From Verrucomicrobiota bacterium (GTDB taxonomy: Bacteria; Verrucomicrobiota; Verrucomicrobiia; Verrucomicrobiales; DEV007), in assembly GCA_045046875.1 (NCBI GenBank), contig JASFYY010000027.1:1-45249 (forward strand): a stretch of 45,249 bases of DNA, in the 5' to 3' direction. Positions 27,862 to 36,625 of the stretch are shown here, piece after piece. The translations under genes and the position numbers were made by a program. A model generated the notes under the pieces. That model had not been told where the DNA came from and ran no database searches. It worked only from the letters and a program-made list of their open reading frames with translations. The stretch's first letter is position 1. Each line of letters starts with the position of its first letter.

Positions 27862-28470
27862 ATGAACTATCGATCTGTTATACCCCTGTTTGCACTGAGT
27901 GTGATTTTGAGTGCTTGCCAACCTGCTCAAGATACAAAACTTGATGAAAGCGAAATCAAACAACGCGGGCAAAAAGCTGCCACGGCTTTGAAGGTCGGAC
28001 TGCTGGGTCAATTGCAACCGGCGATGAAGGCTGGAGGCCCTGTGGCAGCGCTGCCGATGTGTAAAGCCGCCGCCCCTGCCCTCACCACGGCGGCCAGCGA
28101 TAGCATGCCGGGTATTACTATCCGGCGCACATCTGACCGGGTGCGTAATCCGGATAATGCGCCGGATGCTCTTGATCGCAAGGTGCTGGAAATTTTTCAA
28201 TCAGCCAAAGGTAATAAAGCTGAGTTGCCCACTGAGCATGTGGAGTGGCTGCCTAAATCGAAAGATTCAAAAGCCCCTGTTGCCCGTTATTATCAGCCTC
28301 TAATGATCAAAGAGCTTTGCTTGAACTGTCATGGCGCGAAGGATCAAATAAAACCTGAAGTGTTGTCACTTATCCAGAAGCTTTACCCTGACGATCAGGC
28401 GACAGGATATCAAGCCGGTGATTTCAGAGGTTTGATTCGAGTGGATATTGCGCCTTTGGATAGTCCGTAA
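27862..28470 (+). CDS. DUF3365/Tll0287-like c-type heme lipoprotein
   Basis: Lipobox LSAC, RRTSDRVRNPDNAPD, CLNCH heme motif, YPDDQATGY..GDFRG. Confidence 0.85.
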   Translation: MNYRSVIPLFALSVILSACQPAQDTKLDESEIKQRGQKAATALKVGLLGQLQPAMKAGGPVAALPMCKAAAPALTTAASDSMPGITIRRTSDRVRNPDNAPDALDRKVLEIFQSAKGNKAELPTEHVEWLPKSKDSKAPVARYYQPLMIKELCLNCHGAKDQIKPEVLSLIQKLYPDDQATGYQAGDFRGLIRVDIAPLDSP

Positions 28471-28512
28471 GGCGGTCTTGCTGCCTTAAGAGAAAAATGC
28501 CGGTAATCCAAA

Positions 28513-30957
28513 TCAGCTTTGAGGTTTGCTGTCTGTGGTTGATTGGTTGTCAGGCCAGGCTGGCAGGGGGTAAGACTTGTTGATGAATTGTTCGATGTCA
28601 GAGACCTCTTTATCGATCGCGGTGCTTTCCTTGAGAACGGAGGCATTGGCGGCGATCAGTTTTTCTTTCTGTTCAAGCGCCTGCTTGTTCTCTTTATCTT
28701 TATTAGCACAGATCTCCACCATGTTTTTTGCGATCGCATCAACATATTTTGTTACGCTTTCTTTTGCCAGGGAGGCCGCTGAAGCATCTAGAATTTTAGC
28801 AAAGTCCTCGGTGCATTGAGCCAGGATCACTTCGCGTGCGGCTTCGCCTAATCGTTTTTCTTTGACGTTGGCGGGAACGGCCTGGGTGGGTTCTTGTTCG
28901 TCACCAAAGACATCTTTTCTCACCCTGCGGGCTCCACGGAAGAGCAGCCAGTCGAAAAAGCGCTTTTTCACCGGAATCTCGCCAACCTTGAGGTTGATGT
29001 CTGCGGTGAGAGCGGCAGGTTTGGCTGGTTGCAATGACTTTTCTACAATCGAACGCAGTTCAATTTTTAAAGTTTTCAGATCACCGGCGACGGAGTCACT
29101 GATTTCCAAGCCGGCGCTCTGATTGGTGGTCTTGAGAGCTATCAGTTCGGTGACTTCATCCACATAAGCTTGGGCTTTTTCCTCAAAACAGGGTTTCAGC
29201 TCGGTTTTTTCCAGATCGTGTAGGCTGGCATCTTCTTTCCACCAGAGTTCGAGTGATTTTTCGATTTTGCTCCCCGCGGATTTTTTGGTGCTTTCCGCGC
29301 AATCCTTGATTTTCTTTTCTAATTCTTCAACCAGCCCGGAGGATCGGGCATGCCAGTCTTCGGAGCTTAAGTTGGCAAGCGCCTTGCTTTCATCGAGCAG
29401 CACTTTTTTCTCTGATTCCAGTTTTTCCACTTCCACTTTGATTTTGGCAAAAGAGGGATTTTTCACCAACCCTTGAACGGAGGTCATCAGGGAGGAACCG
29501 CGCCGGACACTATCGACCAAGAATGATTTGAGGTAGTCGTTGCTATTGAGGAAATTAATCAGGTCGCCTCTCAGTTTATCAAACTGCTCGACTGAGCCGG
29601 CATCCTTGTTGTCCTTTTTGTTAGCTTCTTTCTGATCACTTGCGTTTTCCTTATTAGGTTTATTTTCCCCGTCCTTATCTGCTTGGATTCTGCCGCTGGC
29701 TGCACTGAGCAAGTCCACGGGGTAGATGCACAAACGTCCGTCATCAACGGCTTCTTTCAGCGGGGCGCTCATGGCCAGGTTACGGAAGGCTTCGATAATT
29801 TTATCGGGATTCTTCTTTTCCAAACTGGGAACCAATTCGCCTTCGGAATTGAGATCCATTTTTCGTGAATCAAGGTTCACGATCAGGAAGATGCGGCTAA
29901 AGAGCTCGAGCAGCTCGGTGAACTCTTCAAAGACTTGCTCTAGGAAGAGGTTGTCACTTTTGACCACAAAAATAGCACACGCAGCGGTATTGCGGAAATC
30001 CCGTGTCATCTGGTCGTAGCCGAATTTCATCCGGCTATACAATCCCGGGGTGTCCACCAGAACGGCGCTGGAGGTAGCCAACTCGGGTGTGGTGAGCTTG
30101 ATGTCGATTTTGCGGAAGGCGGTCGGCATGTGAACCACCGGATCAAAGTCTTCTCCCTTGCCTTCGATATCCCGAAGTTTGTAAGTTAAGTCGGCATGGG
30201 CACTTTCAATCGTGCGGTGCAAATCGTCTTGTCCGGAAAAATTTTTGGTTTTGCCATCGTATTGAACGGCGCGGTAATCTGGTTTTTCACCGTAGGAGAT
30301 ATTCACCAGACAGGGATAGGCTGGCAGCGAGGTGACCTCACTGACATAAGAGGCACAAATGGCGTTCATCAAAGTGGACTTGCCGCTTTTTAGCGGGCCA
30401 AAGATGAGAACGTAGGCCTGGTGCTCTTTTACTTTTTCCAGCAAGGCTTGAATGTGGTGACGGGAATCCCGCAAGTCCGGCAAAACCTGGTGCAGGCTCG
30501 ACTCCTTGGGCAGATCAGAAATAAGTTTGTCCAGATTGTCGAGAGGTGAGCAAAGGGGATCAATTTTATTGCAAAACTCTATGGCAAAATGACTCAACAA
30601 ACTACGCATCGGCACCACGGTTCCCGTTTCATCTTTCTTTTTTTGATCCGTTTTTTCGGGTTCAGATTTAGAATCAGGGTCAGTCGCTTTGACTGTCGAA
30701 GGTTCCGCTGTTGAGTTGTTTTTCACTCCGGCTTTAAGCGCGAGCTCCTTGCTCGAAGGGCTGCCATTTTTTACAGCGGGGTCATTCGCCGCTGAGTCAG
30801 CTTTTTTGGTGCTCAGGATTTTAATGGTGGGGGCAGCGATCGCAGGTTTTACTACTTTCGCTACTATGGGTATTTGGGCTGCAGCGGTCAGGGCTTGAGG
30901 GGATTCTTTGGGCTGGGGGGTAGAATCGGAATCGGGTTTGGTGGGACTTGACTTCAT
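28513..30957 (-). CDS. Bacterial dynamin-like GTPase
   Basis: G1 GPLKSGKST, G3 LVDTPG, G4-like FLIVNLD; long helical C-terminus; low-complexity N-terminus. Confidence 0.8.
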   Translation of the reverse strand: MKSSPTKPDSDSTPQPKESPQALTAAAQIPIVAKVVKPAIAAPTIKILSTKKADSAANDPAVKNGSPSSKELALKAGVKNNSTAEPSTVKATDPDSKSEPEKTDQKKKDETGTVVPMRSLLSHFAIEFCNKIDPLCSPLDNLDKLISDLPKESSLHQVLPDLRDSRHHIQALLEKVKEHQAYVLIFGPLKSGKSTLMNAICASYVSEVTSLPAYPCLVNISYGEKPDYRAVQYDGKTKNFSGQDDLHRTIESAHADLTYKLRDIEGKGEDFDPVVHMPTAFRKIDIKLTTPELATSSAVLVDTPGLYSRMKFGYDQMTRDFRNTAACAIFVVKSDNLFLEQVFEEFTELLELFSRIFLIVNLDSRKMDLNSEGELVPSLEKKNPDKIIEAFRNLAMSAPLKEAVDDGRLCIYPVDLLSAASGRIQADKDGENKPNKENASDQKEANKKDNKDAGSVEQFDKLRGDLINFLNSNDYLKSFLVDSVRRGSSLMTSVQGLVKNPSFAKIKVEVEKLESEKKVLLDESKALANLSSEDWHARSSGLVEELEKKIKDCAESTKKSAGSKIEKSLELWWKEDASLHDLEKTELKPCFEEKAQAYVDEVTELIALKTTNQSAGLEISDSVAGDLKTLKIELRSIVEKSLQPAKPAALTADINLKVGEIPVKKRFFDWLLFRGARRVRKDVFGDEQEPTQAVPANVKEKRLGEAAREVILAQCTEDFAKILDASAASLAKESVTKYVDAIAKNMVEICANKDKENKQALEQKEKLIAANASVLKESTAIDKEVSDIEQFINKSYPLPAWPDNQSTTDSKPQS

Positions 30958-31086
30958 AAAGGGAAATTAACAAATAAATCAGGGAATAAAAGTAATCTCT
31001 CAAATAGAACGCCATGGAGATGAAAAAATACGCAAAAAACTCACAAACCTTGGGTTTTTATGCGGTTTGATGGCTGTGAGGGGGGA

Positions 31087-32841
31087 TCACTTTCGTTTGA
31101 GAAAGACCGATTTTAATTCCATCACTTCCTGGCCAGGTTTGCTCAGGGCAAAAATACTCAGGCGCTGCCGGCCTTTTTCCAGATGAAGGCTTCCCATCGA
31201 GAGCACGCTCCAGCGGCGGTTGATGATTTTTTTATTTTCTTCCTTGTCGCGATTGGGTAGAGGGATGTGGGAGATGTCACCGCCAGTGGTGATGCCGTAA
31301 ACCACGGAGTCACCACCACGAATGCCTATCTTCGCTCCGGCATCGGACTGGGGGCTGAGATACTGGAGCTCGACTTCGTATTCTCCGGATTGCACCACAT
31401 CGAGATCCCATTCGGTTTTTGCTTGGGTGTCTTTCCAGTCAGTCAACCAGTCATGGGAAAAACCCGGGCCGTGATCGAATTTTAATCCTTGCGGATAACT
31501 ATCCACAGCATGCAGTTCTACAGGGTTTTGTTCAGCATAACCCACCGGTAGTGGCATTCTTTGAAAGGAATTGGCACTCACATCATCCCACCATTGAGTG
31601 TAGGCTGCGATCAGTTCGTTGGTCTTTTCCGGCATTTTTTTGGCGAGATCATGGTTTTCCCCGGGATCGGTTTTCATGTCAAAAAGCTGCCAGGCTTTGC
31701 TTTTACGGGCATGAACCAGGCGGTAGCGATCGCTTCTTGCAGCGCTTGGGAATGGACGTGCTTCATTGCCCATGTTGGTATTGGTGAATAGCAGGCGGGG
31801 AGCCCATTTGGCGTCAGGATCCTGTAGCAAAGGCACGAGGCTACGGCCATCGATGGGTGGACCTTTTGGTGGGGTAGCAGCGCATAATTCCAGGATCGTC
31901 GGGTAGAGGTCGATGTGTGCGGCGAGTTGTTGAACTATGTGTTTTTGTTGAAAGCGGGCGGGCCATTGAATGAATAAAGGCACACGCGATCCGCCTTCGT
32001 GCACACTGACCTTGTGTCCTCTCATCCCGGCATTGAAGCGTTCGGTGTTCGCTCCGTTGTCGGTCAGGAAGATGACGATGGTATTGTCGCGTAGTTCTGA
32101 TTTTTTCAAGGTAGCGATCAAGCGGCCGAAATTTTCATCCAGGTTGGCGCACATCCCGTAGATCGCGGCAAGTTTGTCATCGAGCCCCTTGGCTTTGAAG
32201 AGGTCAAACCATTTGTCAGGCACCTGGGTGGGAGTATGCGGTGCGTTGTAAGACAAATAACAAAAGAAAGGGCGGTTTTCATCGTCCTTTTTAGTGATGA
32301 AGCGGATGGCTTCGTCAGTTAGGACATTGGTGAGATACCCTTTGCTTTGTTCCGGGGTGGTTCCGCGCAGCAACACGGAATCAAAATAATGGTTGATATG
32401 GCCATGATTGAATCCCAGGAATTCCTCAAAACCCTGTCCGGTGGGGGTGCGCGGGTACTGCCCTCCGTTGTGCCATTTTCCGAAACAAGCGGTGCGGTAA
32501 CCGTTTGCCTGTAAGGCTTCCGCTATGGTCACCTCGGAGCTGCGCATCGCCTCCTTGTTGTGGGTGACGCTCCAAGTGCCGGTGCGGTGTGAATACCGCC
32601 CGGTGAGCAAGCTCGCTCGGGTGGGGGCGCAGAAGGGGCTGACAAAAAAGCGCTCAAATTGAATCCCTCCGCGGGCAAAGCGGTCGAGGTTAGGCGTTTC
32701 AAGAAGAGGATTGCCGTGCAAGGAAAAATCACCATAACCTTGATCGTCGGTCATCACCAACAGCACGTTGGGTTGGTCTGCGGCGTGGGTGGCTTGCAGG
32801 GCAAGGCTTACAAAAATGGCATAGAAAAAGGATCGTCTCAT
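31087..32841 (-). CDS. Arylsulfatase (secreted) with C-terminal beta-sandwich domain
   Basis: PNVLLVMTDDQG, CAPTRASLLTGRY, GKWH, FLTDNG, HEGGSRVP. Confidence 0.95.
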   Translation of the reverse strand: MRRSFFYAIFVSLALQATHAADQPNVLLVMTDDQGYGDFSLHGNPLLETPNLDRFARGGIQFERFFVSPFCAPTRASLLTGRYSHRTGTWSVTHNKEAMRSSEVTIAEALQANGYRTACFGKWHNGGQYPRTPTGQGFEEFLGFNHGHINHYFDSVLLRGTTPEQSKGYLTNVLTDEAIRFITKKDDENRPFFCYLSYNAPHTPTQVPDKWFDLFKAKGLDDKLAAIYGMCANLDENFGRLIATLKKSELRDNTIVIFLTDNGANTERFNAGMRGHKVSVHEGGSRVPLFIQWPARFQQKHIVQQLAAHIDLYPTILELCAATPPKGPPIDGRSLVPLLQDPDAKWAPRLLFTNTNMGNEARPFPSAARSDRYRLVHARKSKAWQLFDMKTDPGENHDLAKKMPEKTNELIAAYTQWWDDVSANSFQRMPLPVGYAEQNPVELHAVDSYPQGLKFDHGPGFSHDWLTDWKDTQAKTEWDLDVVQSGEYEVELQYLSPQSDAGAKIGIRGGDSVVYGITTGGDISHIPLPNRDKEENKKIINRRWSVLSMGSLHLEKGRQRLSIFALSKPGQEVMELKSVFLKRK

Positions 32842-33021
32842 AATTTAGGCAGGAACAGTTTCATCTTGAATGGGTGTTGAGGGAGATGAGGACGGGTAAT
32901 CATAGCCGAAGGAAAGATGATGGGCAAATGGAGGTAAGGGCGGGTCAGGCGGGGGAGAAAACTGCTGGTCGCCGCGGATGTGATTATTCAAACGCTTGTG
33001 TGTTTTGCCAGGCGGTTAATT

Positions 33022-34809
33022 TCATAACCCGATCACGTTTTTGATGATTTTTATCATTTTTTGATTGGTGGTTGAGTCCTTTACCGCGATTCGGATCAAT
33101 CGTCCGTCCGCCAGGTTTCCCATGCTGCCGGGGTCTCGGAGAAACAATCCTTGTTGTCGGCATTTGCTAACCAGTTCACTGGAGCTGAGGTGCCCGGTGG
33201 GCAATTGGCATAAAAGAAAATTGGCCGTAGCGGGCAAAACGTTCCAACCAAGAGCGGTCAAGGATTGCGCTAGTTTTTGTCGTAAATTATGGGTTTCGGC
33301 GTAGCGCTTGGCATAATAGTCGGGATTCTCCAAAGCTTTGACTGCTGCTACTTGTGACGGAAGGCCAATTACCCAGGGGGGGGTCACAGCCCGCAAGTCC
33401 TCCAGTTGATGTGCTCCGCCGCACAGGTAGGCCACCCGGGCGCCGCTCAGGGCATAAACTTTGGACATCGATTTGCATACCACTACGTTCTCGCTTTGAG
33501 CGGCGAATGCCTCCAGGGATTGATCGCTGCCGGCATAGTCCACATAAGTTTCATCGATCCAGATACGGGTGTGGATGCCTATCCGGCGCAGCACGGGTTC
33601 CAGTTTTTCCCGGGGTACATGCTGGCCGGTCGGACTGTTGGGGTTGACCAGTATCACGAGGTCATAGTTGGCACTGAGTTCGGATTCGAGCTGCTTTAGA
33701 TTTACCTGGAATTGATCGTCCCAGTGCAATTGGAATCGTTCGACCTGGCATCCGATCACATTTTCGAGCACATGATGGTATTCGCCATAAGTCGGGTCCA
33801 GGATCAATACCCTGGATTCCGGATCGAGCCAATGGCGCAGGGCGCGGAATATGAGATCGGATGATCCTGCTCCCGGCAAAATATTTTTCGGATCAACCTG
33901 GCGGTATCTGGCGATCGTGCGAATCAGACCTTCGCAGTTGGTAGGCGGAGAGGTTCTTAATAACCAGGGCAAATGATCATTGATGGTCTGCACCACACGG
34001 GGGGCGGGTGGAAACCAGGCGTCGAGCACGTCAGCATTGATGATCATTTTTCGCTGCTCCAGTGTTTCGAAGGTATCGCCCACCGCGCTAAAAAAGGCAC
34101 CTCCGTGAAAACAGGCTGCAGGTTTGACCAAGGGGAAATCCAGTGACCAGTCCGTTCGCATTTTAATGCGGCTTAAAATTTGTGAATAAGCTTGTGCCCG
34201 CTGGGCGAGTTGCTCAATGGAGGCGTGCATCAAATCATAATTCACGGCTCCGGCTTTCACGCTATGATCCAATACCTGCAGTCCGAAGCGTTGATACAAA
34301 TCAATCACTTCACGGCGTCCGATTGCTATCACATGAGTGCCTCCATGGGCTTCGACCCAGCGATAAGCTGCGTGGATCAGGAGTAGGGGCAGTTCCCGAT
34401 TACGGCGGGATTTCAGAACGGTGAGCAGTCGGATTTCATAAAGCGCCGGGTGGAATTCTATCGGCAGTTGGTTTCGCTCAAAATATTTATCGATTGAATA
34501 GCTGTTTTTATCAGGAGGCGTGATGCTGACAAAACCGAATATTTTTCCGTTAATTTTAGCCAGTAGGTAGTGGTTGAAGCTGTCCAAATCGTCTTGCAGT
34601 TTACCCGTAGGGTTTTCTGCATGCTGTCCCAGTTCGCTGGCATATACGTCGTGACGGATGCGGTAGATTTCCTCTCTATCTTCGGCGGAAGCCAAAGCGA
34701 TCTCAAAACGGTCATTTGAAACTGTGGAAGCCTGCCTGGTGTTATGATCTTTAAAAAACAGGGTGGGAGATGATGTTGGTGGAGAAGGAAGTGTCTTCAT
34801 GGCGAGCAT
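33022..34809 (-). CDS. Fusion of GNAT-like acyltransferase and class I/II PLP-dependent (HisC/CobD-like) enzyme
   Basis: N-terminal REEIYRIRHDVYASELG..YEIRLLTV..LYQRFG; C-terminal GAGSSDLI, VNPNSPTG, IDETY, KSMSKVYALSGARVAY, IRIAV. Confidence 0.85.
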   Translation of the reverse strand: MLAMKTLPSPPTSSPTLFFKDHNTRQASTVSNDRFEIALASAEDREEIYRIRHDVYASELGQHAENPTGKLQDDLDSFNHYLLAKINGKIFGFVSITPPDKNSYSIDKYFERNQLPIEFHPALYEIRLLTVLKSRRNRELPLLLIHAAYRWVEAHGGTHVIAIGRREVIDLYQRFGLQVLDHSVKAGAVNYDLMHASIEQLAQRAQAYSQILSRIKMRTDWSLDFPLVKPAACFHGGAFFSAVGDTFETLEQRKMIINADVLDAWFPPAPRVVQTINDHLPWLLRTSPPTNCEGLIRTIARYRQVDPKNILPGAGSSDLIFRALRHWLDPESRVLILDPTYGEYHHVLENVIGCQVERFQLHWDDQFQVNLKQLESELSANYDLVILVNPNSPTGQHVPREKLEPVLRRIGIHTRIWIDETYVDYAGSDQSLEAFAAQSENVVVCKSMSKVYALSGARVAYLCGGAHQLEDLRAVTPPWVIGLPSQVAAVKALENPDYYAKRYAETHNLRQKLAQSLTALGWNVLPATANFLLCQLPTGHLSSSELVSKCRQQGLFLRDPGSMGNLADGRLIRIAVKDSTTNQKMIKIIKNVIGL

Positions 34810-34856
34810 ACTACGGCAGGGCTTGCCTGGTGGGACAATCGATTATTTATGTCTAT

Positions 34857-34875
34857 ACATCATTTAAAATGATGT
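34857..34875. promoter_or_regulatory. Perfect palindrome, LysR-type (T-N11-A) operator candidate upstream of the GNAT-PLP gene
   Basis: ACATCATTT-A-AAATGATGT; T34860-N11-A34872. Confidence 0.5.
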
Positions 34876-35039
34876 TTCATAGCTAGGTAGATTTCTTGAT
34901 TTGGTATCTGGCTTATTTGCAGATTATGTTTGGGCATGAGAAATCCAGATGATAAGCAGCGTCGCTGACAGCGAATCAGTGCAACCCAACGAAGCGCTGG
35001 TTGCGCAAAATTGCGCAATAGGATAATGACAGCTGTCAA

Positions 35040-35429
35040 TTACCGGATAGTGCGCACGGGATAGCTTTCAAATTGTTCATCGACCGTTGCGATTTCCCAT
35101 CCTTCCACAAGAGCAGTCGAGATAAGTAATCGATCAAATGGATCCCGGTGGATGAATGGAAGTTTGCCAAGCATGAAAATGGCTTCGTTACTGATCGAAT
35201 GAAAGGCAAGCTTGGAGTTTTTTATTAAATCCGGTAGGCATTGAGCCGGAGGGCTGGGTAAATGAAGTTTACCAATTTGGTGTTTTATTTGAATCTCTAA
35301 GATCGAAATTTGGCTCAAGTGCCAGCGCGCGGATTGAGATTGCAGCAGGGCCGTTAATTCCGGAGAGAGTTTTGAGGGCTCAAATTGCATCCACAAAAAA
35401 ACGTGTGTGTCTAGGAGGATATCTCTCAT
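35040..35429 (-). CDS. vapC: PIN-domain (VapC) toxin, type II TA
   Basis: ILLDTHVFLW, SILEI, HRDPFDRLLI, TVD acidic PIN residues. Confidence 0.92.
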   Translation of the reverse strand: MRDILLDTHVFLWMQFEPSKLSPELTALLQSQSARWHLSQISILEIQIKHQIGKLHLPSPPAQCLPDLIKNSKLAFHSISNEAIFMLGKLPFIHRDPFDRLLISTALVEGWEIATVDEQFESYPVRTIR

Positions 35430-35460
35430 CGAATTAACTGTTAACCTATGACTACTATAT

Positions 35461-35516
35461 CACCTTGAGCCTCGCCGGACAGAAAGCTCTTTCGCCGAAG
35501 CTAAGCGCTCAAGATG
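35461..35516. repeat. Hairpin / REP-like insert between antitoxin and toxin
   Basis: CACCTTGAGC ... GCTCAAGATG 10 bp stem (one mismatch, G-U pair on the minus strand) enclosing an AGCT-ctttcgccga-AGCT sub-stem. Confidence 0.5.
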
Positions 35517-35547
35517 TTCGTTTTGCGGTATGCTCTTGAATGGAAAT

Positions 35548-35787
35548 TTATCCGGCATAGAAGTCATTTTCAAATGGTTCCATGGGCGCGTCAAAATCGT
35601 CGGGGATTGATGCTTGTTCTTTCATCAAACCAAGAATGGGTTGGACGCCTTTGTTATCATCATCGCAGGGGCTGAGCATGGCTATGGGTCGATTGCGATC
35701 AGCAATGATGAAGTGTTCCCCTTCCGCTGCTTTGCGTGCGTAGCTACCGAGATGGGCTTTCGCTTCACTTAATTTCAAAGTGGTCAT
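35548..35787 (-). CDS. Phd/YefM-family antitoxin
   Basis: LSEAKAHL..GEHFII..RNRPIAML, C-terminal IPDDFDAPM typical of PIN-associated antitoxins. Confidence 0.9.
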   Translation of the reverse strand: MTTLKLSEAKAHLGSYARKAAEGEHFIIADRNRPIAMLSPCDDDNKGVQPILGLMKEQASIPDDFDAPMEPFENDFYAG

Positions 35788-35820
35788 TAACTAGACTAGT
35801 ATCAGGCTGATAGTTGTCAA
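35788..35820 (-). promoter_or_regulatory. TA promoter with overlapping palindromic operators
   Basis: Minus strand TTGACA (35820-35815), 16 nt, TAGTCT (35798-35793), 5 nt, ATG; palindromes TATCAG-C-CTGATA and ACTAG-T-CTAGT. Confidence 0.65.
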
Positions 35821-35830
35821 GTTTGCTGTT

Positions 35831-36520
35831 TCACAGCTCGTCATCGTTGTCCAAGTGCTTGAGGGCTTCGCTGCGGCTGAAGCGGGAGAGGTCTTCTTCA
35901 TACTTGCGCGCGTATTGGATCACCCAAAGAGGATCCGTATTGGCAAAATCACGCAGCACCCAACCGATGGCTTTGCGGATGAAAAATTCTTTTTCAGGCA
36001 TTAACAGGCGGATGGTATCACCGAGCAGATCGCGATTGGTATCATCGCCATGGTGCAGGTGCGCCAGCAGTGAAGCGCGGCGTACCCACATGCGGTCGTG
36101 GTGACTCCAGGCGATCAGTTTTGGCTCGAAACGCGGGGGATCAATTAATACCAAACTACTGATCAATTTGCCGGCGATCCAGTCGAGGGTGTCCCAGTGA
36201 CTGGCAGTGAGAATGAGATTTTCATACAAGGGCCAGGATTCCACCTTGCGGAATTTTTTGAAATGTTCGGCGACTTCCAATGCCTGGTAACGATCTTCGC
36301 GGTGCTCGCCGTCCCATAGGGTGCGGATCACTTCCTGATATTCGTTTAGATCCAGCAGCGGATGTTCGGCGATGCATTGTTTGAAAATGCTTTTGCGCTG
36401 TTTGGCTTGAATTCCATAAAAAGGCTGATCCGTTTTCATGTAGGCCTGCATCGGTGCGGCTTTGGCCGGGTTGCGAGCCAGTGCCATTTCCATAAAAAGT
36501 TGTTTGGCCAGCGGATGCAC
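35831..36520 (-). CDS. DNA alkylation repair protein (AlkD-like)
   Basis: MQAYMK..FYGI, HWDTLD, MWVRRAS, EFFIRKAIGWVLRD, SEALK. Confidence 0.9.
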   Translation of the reverse strand: MHPLAKQLFMEMALARNPAKAAPMQAYMKTDQPFYGIQAKQRKSIFKQCIAEHPLLDLNEYQEVIRTLWDGEHREDRYQALEVAEHFKKFRKVESWPLYENLILTASHWDTLDWIAGKLISSLVLIDPPRFEPKLIAWSHHDRMWVRRASLLAHLHHGDDTNRDLLGDTIRLLMPEKEFFIRKAIGWVLRDFANTDPLWVIQYARKYEEDLSRFSRSEALKHLDNDDEL

Positions 36521-36625
36521 GGAGGAGGTTCAGAAAGTTAGGATGAACTGAGAATAATTTCTTTTGGAAAGGCAGATATTAGGATAAAGAGATAGCGGTT
36601 GAGTGCGAGTTTAAAAATCAAAATC

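Noticed and set aside
28468..28488. Hairpin TAAGGCGG-tcttg-CTGCCTTA between convergent genes as an intrinsic terminator
   Set aside because: No adjacent U-tract on either strand; too weak to call
35040..35787. TA module as an integron gene cassette
   Set aside because: No convincing attC (AAC...GTT boxes with paired L sites) was found on either flank, and it is 9 kb from intI across core genes
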